DNA of 59,251 nucleotides, counting the filler, from Basidiobolus ranarum (lineage: Eukaryota), in assembly GCA_040143965.1 (NCBI GenBank). It is 6 parts of 6 records of this genome, joined end to end, with 100 filler letters (N's around TTAATTAATTAA, not from the genome) between each part and the next. Parts side by side here need not be neighbours in the genome. Positions count along the whole stretch, not along the records: positions 29,711 to 39,499 come from JASJQH010000783.1; positions 39,600 to 49,378 come from JASJQH010000784.1; 4 more parts are not named here. One strand, written 5' to 3'. Of the stretch, positions 38,002 to 49,478 are shown piece by piece. A program made the translations under genes and the position numbers. The number at the start of each line of letters is the position of its first letter. Position 1 is the first letter of the stretch. Under the pieces are notes generated by a model that searched no databases, had not been told where the DNA came from, and saw nothing but the letters and a program-made list of their open reading frames with translations.

Positions 38002-39056
38002 ACATTTGATACTTTGTTTATTTGTATCCTAAAATAGAATCTTTGAAAATTGAGAGTAACTTACATTGATCGCTGCCAGTCTCGTGGCGTTAATTACGTG
38101 AGACCTGTCTCGAAATAAGGCTGATTCAACATGATCGAATAACATCCTCGCTCGCCAGCAAGGTAATATTACTGCCAATGACTTCTCTCTATACGGAAAT
38201 GCGGTTCAGACCATTTCCTTGGTCATAGTAAAACACCTGTGCCAATCCCAGCTGTCGATCTACGAACAACAGAAGCGGAAAATCGGTTTCAATAATATCC
38301 CGTCACTTTAACCTTCAAGTACTCTTTTCGCAAGAAAGACAGATCATGCATTGCTTACAAACTAACCACTTTGGGAATGGAAATATCAAAGGTTCTCAAT
38401 TTACCTACGTACAGTTGGCTGTAGTGAGACATTCTTTATGGTAATTGGTAAAGCACAGGAATATGTATCATTGGTAGAAAATGCGAAGAGTTTGACCTGT
38501 ATAACCAATGAGTTACTCCATTTGTCAAGCTGGTTTTATTCATGCCTATTCCCTGCACACCACTATTGGCATCAGTAACATCGAAACCAGGTATTGTAGT
38601 AAAGATGTACGAGCTACTCTCAAGTCGTTTGTGCAAAGCAAGAAGAACCGCTTGCATCCTTCACTCTTTACGAGTTAAAAATCATACAAAGATTGTGACT
38701 TTGAGCCTTCTTGATGGCCCAATAGATACTGTATTGAATACACCGTCTACCACTCAATCCTCTCCAACACATGTCACTTGATCCGAAGTGGATTTATTGG
38801 GATATATATGAATTAATTGAGACTGAACAATCCAGACAATAACTACGGCAATAAAGAAATAAACTCGACTAGCATGGGTTGGTCGAAATTTACTGGATGC
38901 GAAATAGTAGTATAAATACTTGGGATTGTTTCCCAACTGCTATCAATTAACCCTTAGATAGATACATCCGCCCACTTCAAAACTAAACGGTTCAAACCCT
39001 CTATCACTTCATACCACACCATTTAAGTTCTTATTAAACATAAGAGTACAACAGCA

Positions 39057-39404
39057 ATGTTTGGTCGTTCTACCAAAGAGGTAAAGAATTCAAACGATTC
39101 GTTACAGGCCGGATTCTCTGTATATACAGTCCTATGTGTCTGTATCGCTTGCCTTGTTTCCTTCAACAATGGCTGGAACACTTCCGACACTAACATCATT
39201 CAGGCATCCATTATTGATTGTGAAAATCCTGACGAAAAGGTACATGGTTTTCCTCGCTGCTTCCCGATGGGAAACTGGCTGTGGGGGTTTGCCGTAAGTA
39301 GTTTCTCAATTGGTGGCGCCATTGGAGGACTTTCTGCCGGTTGGTCACAAGCCAGATTTGGTCGCCGTAACTCTCTACTTTTCAACAATATATTTTTCAT
39401 TATC
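39057..39404 (+). CDS. MFS sugar porter (GLUT-like), 5' fragment
   Basis: SFNNGWNTS..N, WGFAVSSFSIGGAIGG, RFGRRNSLLFNNIFFI. Similarity stops abruptly ~100 nt before the contig end. Confidence 0.85.
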
Positions 39405-39499
39405 CTAAGATCTCCCCATCTAAATAAAAAATACCAGCATTCATGTTCTCTGTATGATGATTGCGTCCTAGATAGATAGGTGAAGGAGTAAGATGCAAG

Positions 39500-39599
39500 N
39501 NNNNNNNNNNNNNNNNNNNNNNNNNNNNNNNNNNNNNNNNNNNTTAATTAATTAANNNNNNNNNNNNNNNNNNNNNNNNNNNNNNNNNNNNNNNNNNNN
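39500..39599. other. Artificial contig spacer
   Basis: N44-TTAATTAATTAA-N44. Confidence 0.98.
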
Positions 39600-41447
39600 G
39601 GTATTGGACAACGTGTCCAGTTTACCCGCAGTGAGTAAAGATATATCGAGGAATATTTTACCAAAATTGAAGAAAGGAAAGAACATTAAAACTAAAGCAA
39701 TGTTAGTGAGTAAGCAATGTAATTGATTCAGTTATAAAGTCAGCCATATACCTAATCTCCCTGCAGGGCTAGTTTTAGGATCCCACCAAACATATCCCAC
39801 GAAAGAGCTAGAGAATACGAATGACTCAAACAAGAGTCCGATGACGAAGAAGAAAATACCGATCAAAAGTAATATAGTCAAGGGGTAGTAATTTGATTAT
39901 AAAGAACAAATCAGACTCAATGGATAAAAAGGATATTTGCCACTCTGGTGCGGCGAACTAAGGTCGTAATGAAAAACGCAGCCATAACCATCGCAAGGCC
40001 AAACAAAATGAATGTAATCAGTAGTACCTATAGGAGAAGAGGAAGGAGAAAGGAAATTAGCATAATCGACGAACTAAGGCTCAAATGAAATACCTACGCC
40101 AAAGTTGGAATTCTTAAAAATACCAAAGCCGAAGGCAATTCCAAACCCACAGGTAAAGAGTGCGCAAATGACTACCAGTAATGAATTGGAAATAAGCCAA
40201 CTTATCCAGTACGCTTCGCTCTATGATAATATTATATTAGCTAGAGATCTTCGACAAGCCAAGACAACAAACAGCTTACATTCATTCCCATCATAATCAT
40301 GTTATGCTTCAGTTTCTTTTCTTTCTCAGCAACAATCGTATTCAATACAGATATGAAAATAATCATTTCGGAGCAGAAGAAGAACACTGAGCCTAATCTG
40401 CTCACTACCTCATCACCGGAAACTGGTGAGGGTACCTTGGGCCAATCTTTCATATTAACATTCAGCAGTGGAGTAGTCGAGATGGTTGGGTCATTCACCG
40501 ATGCAACTAAACCAAAATATAAGTCACTATGCTAGATTTTTAGTAACAAGTTATGTTAGTTTCTTACTAATAGCCTCATCCAATCCACGAACTAAGCTTA
40601 GAACTTGATCACCAAAAACATCAGTTCCATTGGACATTAAAGTGGAATTAAACCAAATTTGATATCGGTAATTAGCGGGAGGGCCAGGTTCAGTGGAGAA
40701 CTCGATACCTGGGAATTATTTCACTTAGCATAATGTTCAATACACCATAGCTGTTGTTAGTTGAAAATGTTTACCGAATAATGTAGTGTTGGGATGGCGT
40801 AGAGTATAGTTATAAATGAACTCATAATCAGGAACAGGTACCATGCCTAGGTTGCTTTTCGGTGTGGAATCGAGGTCTAAGCTCACAGATCATTTTACTT
40901 ACGGTATTTCAATATAATAAGGAAATTAATAGGAAAAATACCTAGTGATATGCTTTCCAACTTCATTTCGTTTCCTGTTCTTTTTGAATTCTTTGTAGCA
41001 AAGGTTTCCAAAAACAACCTATTTTGTTCATTATCAGGTGTATATAATATATTGATGCAAGGATCATTTTGGGTTCGTCCCTACAGATGAAGCGTAAATA
41101 GGTATCCGATTTTGTAGATGTTTTGATACATACCTGACACCTAGCGACTCCAGCTAAATCAAAACTTTGTGGATGATTATTACTTTGACTAAACTTTGAG
41201 TTGTATATTTTCTGCAATCCGTATAACAAAAGTAACACAAAGATGGGAAAAAACACTGTTTGAGCAAAGGTGGATTTCCATTGACGTATCTAAGATAGAA
41301 GAATGGTCAGCTAGTATCAATAAGCCAGAACTTAACTTTTAAAAATTTTACCTGTAAAAGAGTATTCCTCTTTAACAGGATTCTCATTTGAGAGAAGAAG
41401 CCAGATTTATAGGCTTTTTTCTTTCCATTGCTGTTTGGAACGTCCAT
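39600..41447 (-). CDS. ABCA-subfamily ABC transporter, 5' part (multi-exon, truncated at gap)
   Basis: ATG at 41447. FFSQMRILLKRNTLLQ.RQW, TM1, ectodomain, IVAEKEKKLKHNMIMMGM, YWISW, FFPFFNF.K: ABCA TMD1 signatures over many short introns. Confidence 0.85.
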
Positions 41448-42647
41448 GGTGGAGGACAGTATATTGAAAATTTAATGAAACCAAGCTAAAGGAGAAGTAA
41501 CAATATGTATGAAAATTGAATAAAGTTGGTAACTTGTTGAAATTCCTTTACCACTAATTTACAAGTAACGTAAAGGGTTTGGTCAAGTCTGGTGTAGAAG
41601 CTTCGATTAAAAAGAATAGGTAATAATTTGTACTAATATGGAAATATGTATATTTCACTGTCTCTACCGCCTAATACAATTAGACATAACGTGATTAGTT
41701 TAATTCTTCGTAGAGAGAGAATATTTAAGCCAATAAATATGGCCACTCCAAATGTTTGTTTAAACCTAAAATGTATATTCAGTTACTGATTTGTAGTCAG
41801 GACGATTAACCTATACGCATTCCCTAATTCAGGGAGAACAGATATTCCTTAATAGTGATTGGACTAACGAGCTAGCCTGTTGTGTTGCCGCAGATATTAG
41901 ATAATATTTCAATCTTAAGTTAGCTGACACACCATCACTGGATAGGATCATGTGGACACGGAAACAATAATAGATCTCCCCAAATGATGTCTGATAATGC
42001 TAAATAATCGGTTTTCCAAAATCATCTCTCCCTCCATCCTTGATTACATAAAATCGCCACGAGGAGTTGTTTATTTAAAGACTCCATGATGTCATATGGG
42101 GTTGATTGTTGAATTAATATATCTAGTTCGATTGATGTACCTGCACCAGAATATAGGTGCTTAAAGGGCCGCCTTAAATCGACTGACATAAACTCCTGAC
42201 ATGAACTGCAATAGAAAGCAGAGTAAACAGATTCAATGATTTTCCTGAAGATCATCATTTAAAACCATGCCTCGACCAGGATTTTATCTTGGTTCAGAAC
42301 ATACACTTTCTTCTAGGCTATACCATAGATTGCTTGTCCATTTATAATCTAGTCTCTTTTAATCTTTCTACACATCGTACTCGAGTTATTTTTTGCTATT
42401 CAGGTTGTGCTCAATTCAAATAATCAGATCACCCAGAAAGACTAGCTTTCTTTCAATATAAATAAGCAGTAAAATACCTACTTACATCATCCGCAGTGCT
42501 TGAGCGGACTTTGAATAGTAGCCACAAGTATTGTCGCTTCATAGCACGAAGAGATAAACATTTGCTTTCGTATGAGAGTACTCTGATTCGAACACAAAGA
42601 AAGGATTCAAATACATCGACACTTATGGCCATCACATCCATAAAGCT

Positions 42648-44523
42648 ATGGGTTATATTCCTGAGTTCAGTTTTCAACTTGAGTGGCGCAAGAGGCGGTA
42701 GGGTCTTGCTTCAAAATCTAGGTTGAGTTTAAGGGAACAGAGGTATTAATCCTGGATTTCCTATCATTTCAGATTGCTGCTATGTAGTCGTACCAAAGTT
42801 GATCGAAGCCTTTAACTTCTACGTCGCTGTTCAAGCTCGCCACTCGGATATAAGTACACGCGATAATACCTACCGTTCTGAAATCTCATTTCCTACGGAC
42901 TATCAAGTACGAGAATTCCCAAATTTTTGTACGAGAGGTAATAATGCCACAAATGTATTCACTTGCACGCAAAGAGAAGATTTGTTTTCAGCAAGATTTC
43001 TTTTATTCACACCGGAGAACTCCAACAAAGAGCCCTTGCTGAGTATTAATATATATAGCGAGATTTGTGGAAAGCGCGATTATTGCCCAAAGCCTACACC
43101 AGTAGATAAAGGCGCCATGAGTTTGGGCCCCTTTGGTGTGTATCCAAGACCATTAGCTATTGCTTCCATATGCATTTTTGGAACGGCCATCCTTTGTGGA
43201 ATATATTTGGTGTATCGTAGTAATCGAGTTCGCCTTTTAGCTAACAGATCAACCAACCCTGGTTGTATTGGAAATCAGACGAGGAGTAGAAAAGTGTTGA
43301 ACTGGCCTTTTTTCATGTGCGGCTGTTGTACAAGCATCCCAATATGTAGCCGAAAAACGAAACACTCACACAAAGGACTGCCCACCAATATGATAGAGGT
43401 TTACAATCCAAACACAAATGAAGTCCCAGGCAGAAATCCAACTGTTGGCAATCCGATTCGTTCGTTAAGATCAATCTCTGTTCATGAATTAGGATCGGGA
43501 TTGAAAGACGGTTTAGGATCTACTCTTCCAAGATGTTCACTGATTTTAGATTCGGCTCCAAATGGAGAAGTTCCTGTGAGCAACGAGGACTCTTCTCAGA
43601 ACAAATCTGACAAACAAGCTAGGAATTCAAAACTTGTAGCTAAAGCTGATCTTTATCGAACGCAGAGTGCTGTTATCGCGCATGCAGACTCTGTAAAAAG
43701 ACCCGATCACCCTGATGGAGTTCATATTTCTCGAACGGATTCCACGAAAAATAAAAGCAAAGAACCTCTTATCAATATCAATGAATGGTCTAATACTAAA
43801 GTTAACGATTCAACACCTACTTCTGTAAGTCGAGATATTTCAAGAAGTAGCACAATTAATAGAGGCTTAAGTCGACATTCCTCTACATATCGAGCAAAGA
43901 AGGAAGATGTGAGAAGAACACAATCATTTCGACGGGATTCAACCACAAAGCATGCTTCTTCAAGGCGAACTCCATCTGTAGGTAATGAGAAACCTAACGA
44001 AATGCAAAGGACTTCCTCTACGAGGCATTTGAAAGATAAGCCTATCGATAAAATTCAACCTAGTCGTAGTTCTTCTTTACGCACTGTAAGTGATATTCAG
44101 AAACCGCAACAAATTTACAGAGAACAAAATAGAACTTCCCAAGCAAGTGGTACTTTGAGCCGAAAGGTATCTCTGCGAAATCAAGAGTCTCACAACGACC
44201 TTCAAAGAGGAAGATCCATGAAACGAAGACCATCAGCTAGAATCTCATATCGTTACTCTCGTGACTTTACTCTCACATATACCATCAGTGACACTAATAG
44301 TGGTCAAGGCTTCAATACGAATGAAGCATATTCACAGCTACGTCGTAGTAACACCTCTCGATCGATACAAGTTGAGGGTAGGAATAGCTTGTTGGAAAAT
44401 AATGAAGCAGTCCTTCAAGTTTCAGCCCGAAGGAGTACACTTAAAGATAATATTGAATATGGGAAAGCTCTAGGAATAATTCTTCAAGACGAGACACCTA
44501 AGGCTTCAACGTCTAGAGAGTGA
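42648..44523 (+). CDS. Hypothetical single-pass membrane protein (Cys-containing N-terminal domain, Ser/Arg-rich disordered tail)
   Basis: 574-aa open frame with one TM (LAIASICIFGTAILCGIYLVY). Probable upstream exon ending at a GT near 42698. True start uncertain. Confidence 0.65.
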
Positions 44524-44660
44524 TAAAAATATTTAAGTGGCCTCTTTTTAAACCCTGATATCCAAAGCATTGTAGCATTTTTACTATTGAATGGTCATCA
44601 TTCCTTAATACAAAATACAATAAATTATTATATACCATGGATTGATCCACCAATCTTTTT

Positions 44661-46121
44661 CTACTTGTATGGAACCCAAACAGACACACTTCCTCCGTTT
44701 GCTCTGAAATTTCCTCGACCATTTTCATCGATAATGACAGTATCTTGAACATGTCCCAAATAGTCTCTCCATTTCTGTCCAATACGGTGTTTGCCAACAT
44801 GCATGATTTTATTTCCACCTTCGCTATTACATATCACTACAGCACAGGCCTTGGCATCCGGATTTGTACCATTTTCTCCCATTCTAACCCAGCCCACAGT
44901 GTTTCCATGGTCAAAATAATCCCTTTGCTCACCATAAGAATATTCTTTACGAGCAAGAGCCAATTTATGGATAATATCGAACTTTGGGGGAATGGGACGA
45001 TCGCCAGAGATCCCGTATAGATCACCATAAAATATACATGGATAACCAGCTTGGCGTAAAAGAATTAAAGCATAGGCAATAGGTTTAAACCAGTCCTGAA
45101 CCCAAGACTCCAAAGATTGTCCTGGTTGCGAATCATGATTGTCCACAAAAGTAACTGAGATATCAGGGTATTTCTGAACGATAGTGCCATCGAAAACTGT
45201 CCTCATATCGAACTCTTTGCCGCGAATTGAAGCCTCCTGAAAGTTATAATGAAGTGGAACATCAAAAAGGTCAATTGAGAAATTGATGTTTTGGAGAAAG
45301 TGCTCTATAGGGTCTATGGAGTCTTTCCAGTATTCACCGATTGAATAAAAGTTATCATTCCCTAGCTCCTGACGAACATGGCTCATTAACTCAGCTATGA
45401 AATGCTCGTGGATATGCTTAGCTGCATCCAAGCGAAAGCCTGTCAACTTAAGCTCTTTGGCCAACCATACGGCCCATTTTTTGGTCTCCTCGATCACCTC
45501 TGGATGGTTGTAATCGACATCACTGAACATCAAGTAATCGTAGTTTCCATACTCTTTGTCTACTTGATCACTCCAATACTTGCCATTACCCATTATCCTG
45601 TAAATAGAGCTTTTATGCAGCTCTTCATTCCAATCTACGCCAGTGAAATGATTAAAGTTCCATTTGAATTGGGAGTATTTTTTACCCCTTCCCGGATATG
45701 TGAACTTGGTCCAACCAGCGATATTATATGGGCCAGATATATCTTGATTTCGGTTGCTTCGATTAACTTCAGTAGCTAAGAATACCTCCGTTTCGTCAGC
45801 ACATGCTTTATGATTTAGCACAATATCGCTGTATATATCTAATCCGTGTTTTTTAGCTTCATCGATGGCTTCTGTGAGTTCTGCTTTTATCCCATACTTG
45901 GTACCGATAATGCCTTTTTGATTAAACTCGCCTAAATCCCATAAATCGTAAGTTCCGTATCCTACATCTTGTGCACTACACCCCTTGGTCGGAGGAGGGA
46001 TCCATACACCTTTTATACCCATAGAAGCGAGCTCCGGAGAACTCTCTTTCAATCTGCTCCAATGCCTTCCGTCGGCGGGCACAAACCATTCGAAAAATTG
46101 AATCATTGCTAGGTTGACCAT
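44661..46121 (-). CDS. Alpha-amylase, GH13 subfamily 5 (bacterial liquefying-type / intracellular fungal type)
   Basis: MIQFFEW, WIPP, DVGYGTYDLWDLGEF.QKG...TKYG, NYDYLM, catalytic GFRLDAAKH, GEYW, FVDNHD, NGGSVSVWV. No signal peptide, no introns. Confidence 0.95.
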   Translation of the reverse strand: MVNLAMIQFFEWFVPADGRHWSRLKESSPELASMGIKGVWIPPPTKGCSAQDVGYGTYDLWDLGEFNQKGIIGTKYGIKAELTEAIDEAKKHGLDIYSDIVLNHKACADETEVFLATEVNRSNRNQDISGPYNIAGWTKFTYPGRGKKYSQFKWNFNHFTGVDWNEELHKSSIYRIMGNGKYWSDQVDKEYGNYDYLMFSDVDYNHPEVIEETKKWAVWLAKELKLTGFRLDAAKHIHEHFIAELMSHVRQELGNDNFYSIGEYWKDSIDPIEHFLQNINFSIDLFDVPLHYNFQEASIRGKEFDMRTVFDGTIVQKYPDISVTFVDNHDSQPGQSLESWVQDWFKPIAYALILLRQAGYPCIFYGDLYGISGDRPIPPKFDIIHKLALARKEYSYGEQRDYFDHGNTVGWVRMGENGTNPDAKACAVVICNSEGGNKIMHVGKHRIGQKWRDYLGHVQDTVIIDENGRGNFRANGGSVSVWVPYK

Positions 46122-47185
46122 ATTATGAGTGTTGGACAAGATACTCGTCAAGAATTAATGGAATTCATGGTCTTTTTGTATGAATGAGCAATGCCCTAAT
46201 AAGGATGGGATCATCGCACTATCTCTGGATTCATAATCTTACGTATAAACCACCTTCTATATATCTACTCTAATTGTGCCACTGTCCTCCATATACAAGA
46301 CACAGTATTACTGTCTTCCAGTAACTTTCGAAACAATCCATTTGGATAAAGCAATGAACGAGAGTACGAGTGCGGGTGCGGATGCGAGTAGGAATACAGA
46401 TGCGAATATGGATGATCCTTATTGTATAAACTTGCTGGTAAGGCCGAATCCTCCGTGAATGGATCATCGTATCAAAAGCAGGGCATAGCATACATTTTAA
46501 AAAAGTAAAATCGCTTCCAAATCGCTTCCAAATTGGAACAAAATGGGTAGTAATTGCCGATTGAGACTAGCCTACTTTACCTTCATTTACTCCCTATTAC
46601 TTGTTCCCAATTTACTGCAGAATCGAAATTAAAAGTCCCCTCCAATAGTCCGACAACTTACATCCCATTGTTGAAGATATGAAATATCATTATCTGCATT
46701 GTCGCTCCTTCTCTGTCGCTCCCAGTTTGTCGTTCTTCAAACTTCATATAGTTAGTGTCAGTGCATCCTTACTTTCATATACTATCCATATATAGGCCAT
46801 TAACCATTAGATGAAATATCAAAGCAAGCGACACTCGCAGTGAGTGATGACTGCCACTGGTTCAGTCAACCACTACTCACGTCATATATCATTCCATGCC
46901 AGTTAAACAATAGATTTAGAGTAATTCTCATTGTGACTAGCTGTACTTGCCTGTAATCCAAGAATTGATGTGGGTTCCTCCAATGGTTCCCCACTTCTCC
47001 ATTATTAAGCTCGGAATACATGCACTATCCCAGATAATGATCATCCCAGAGACCACCTCTATATAACTTCACTCATCAGCAACTGGTATCGACAGCTCCC
47101 TTTGAGATTTGGTGAAAGACCACATTCCTTTGAACACTTCGGAGTCAATTGTAGAAACCTAGATTCACTCCGCTACTGATTCAAG

Positions 47186-47833
47186 ATGATTAATCCTCGT
47201 ATCTCTATCCCACAAACTCAGTCATACCTTGCCTCTTGCACTCAAAGCAATATCTCGGTAATTTCCGAGTTTGTGGCTGATTTAGTAGTCAAAATGTGGT
47301 ACAAGAACTCCGCAATCTCAATCTGTAGTCCGGTCTTTCATTCTTTCTGCCAAAAGGTGATTGCCCGTAGTCAAGTCGATCCACCTACAATCTTGCTTGC
47401 CCTCAAATATATTCAACGCTTGAAGAAGCACTGCCCTGCAATCACAGGCGAGCAAGGTTCAGAGTGTCGTCTCTTTGTGGTTTCACTTGTTCTGGCCCAC
47501 AAAATGTTAGAAGATTGTACATATACCAACCAGACATGGTCTCAAATCACCCGAATCCCCATAGAAGATATCAATCATATGGAGCGAGAGTTCCTGGGAT
47601 CGATACAATTCAATCTACACGTTGCGGAAGAAGAATACGCTCAATGGCTATTATATCTCGAACAATATTTGCGCTACAGAGAAGAGGATCCACTCCTTCG
47701 TTCCCCCAGGAAACTTCCGTCTCCTACCTCTGCACCCACTACATTCGAATTCCCTATCAACCAACAAACCTTGACCCCGACCACTTTTAACCCTACCAAA
47801 GTTCAAATTCCCGAATATTTCCAGAATGTTTGA
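47186..47833 (+). CDS. Pho85-type cyclin (Pcl/Clg1-like)
   Basis: ILLALKYIQRL, RLFVVSLVLAHKMLED.TYTNQTW, INHMEREFL..IQFNLHV cyclin-box motifs. Confidence 0.9.
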   Translation: MINPRISIPQTQSYLASCTQSNISVISEFVADLVVKMWYKNSAISICSPVFHSFCQKVIARSQVDPPTILLALKYIQRLKKHCPAITGEQGSECRLFVVSLVLAHKMLEDCTYTNQTWSQITRIPIEDINHMEREFLGSIQFNLHVAEEEYAQWLLYLEQYLRYREEDPLLRSPRKLPSPTSAPTTFEFPINQQTLTPTTFNPTKVQIPEYFQNV

Positions 47834-48283
47834 TTTCATTCAGCTGCAATCGAAACATACGGGTCTATTCTATTTTAACATATTATCTGAGCTTACCCAG
47901 CTCGTTGATATCCCTTCCCGTGCATTTTAAATTAGCACTTTATTTAAGTTAATATCTTTTTATTCAAGAGATGTCCCTCGTTGGCATGTTGAATCGTTAA
48001 TCGATATACTTTGTTGTGTTACTATTCGACCCATTCCACCCATTCCTCCTATTACACCCATTTATTAGACCCAATGGTATTCCATGAAGTTTTTATTTTA
48101 GTAAAGATCATTTATTTAGCTTTAAAATAGAATAGATGCTAATCAAATCATATCCATAGAAATATTGATCCCCAAGAATTTTTTATGAACAAGAGGAAGC
48201 TCATCTTTCCGAAAAAAATCCTCTCTTTTAGTTGTATTAACACCGGGGTGCTTGTTATATAGACTGTAATATACTTTCACACA

Positions 48284-49028
48284 ATGGTCAACCTAAACGA
48301 TGCTTTCGACTTTACTCAACAATACTCGGTAGCAGAACAAACCAATAATATACTTTCTTCTATTGCTCTCCCACCCACAAAATCCACACCAAAATTACTA
48401 CAACCTTCCCCTTCCACTGCTGTACCTCAAAACCCAGTACTAACAACAAGTTTCGATGAGATCCAAAATGAACTGAAACGAGCTCTTGACCATATAGAGC
48501 AAGGGACTATTCTAAGAGCTTTCGAAATCTTGTCTTCAGTCACGGATGCCGTGGTAACTAATTGTGACGCATTAGGTGAGTTAATATTTGGTTATTTTTA
48601 TACGAAAACTAAGCTTAGTATCGTATATTAGTTTGAGAGGAAAACATCGAATTTAACCTTCCTCAATAGGTTTAACTATTGATGAACCTCCTTATAACGC
48701 CTACGATAGAGAAGGCTTTTGGCAGGGTATTAATCACTGCTGGCTTTATGCTTTATCTCGTAGCTCCTTGGCAAAGTCGGAAGAAGACCAACTTCGAGTG
48801 CAACACTTGTACCAATTACGAGATTCCGTCATTGCTTGGTGTGATATTTTAGAACGATATGGACTAGTTGATTATGAAATGGGCTTTTGGGAGCAGGATA
48901 TTCTGGAAGCTATTGAAGCTAGTATAGCTACCAGTAATGTTCGACTTAATTCAGTGGTTCCCCCAGAAAGCAGTGAAGTTTCAGAAAGTAGTAATATTGC
49001 CACAGATACTAATTATATTCATGTGTAA
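48284..49028 (+). CDS. Fungal-type hypothetical protein (2 exons)
   Basis: Exons joined by intron ~48577-48670 give NCDALGLT...FWQGINHCWL...LERYGLVDYEMGFWEQDIL. Confidence 0.75.
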
Positions 49029-49378
49029 ACTTTCACTTTCACCAACACTCTTGGATTTTTATATAGCTCAAGAAACCCACCAATATCAGAGGATTTCTTC
49101 TGCTCCCCTTTTTAATGTAAATTAGTGGTTTGTTTCCTTTGCCTTCCTTCATCCCTTCTCCACATCATCTGAATATATTTGGACTTCAATAAAATCACCC
49201 ATCTATCCTTTAATTAGTACAACCTTGGGTACCACCTAGGGCTTGGATGGTGTTACGTGGTTCATCCATTCGAATATCAAGATAAAACCAGATTGAAATC
49301 TTCCCAAGTGATTTCTATTCGTTTGATGGTTACAGTAGAGTATGTAATGTATATACGGTATATTAATAAACTGTTTTA

Positions 49379-49478
49379 NNNNNNNNNNNNNNNNNNNNNN
49401 NNNNNNNNNNNNNNNNNNNNNNTTAATTAATTAANNNNNNNNNNNNNNNNNNNNNNNNNNNNNNNNNNNNNNNNNNNN
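49379..49478. other. Artificial contig spacer
   Basis: N44-TTAATTAATTAA-N44. Confidence 0.98.

Noticed and set aside
29711-39499. Cu-ATPase + globin + Fanzor as one functional system
   Set aside because: Same contig, but no shared orientation logic or evidence of linkage. The Fanzor looks like an independent insertion.
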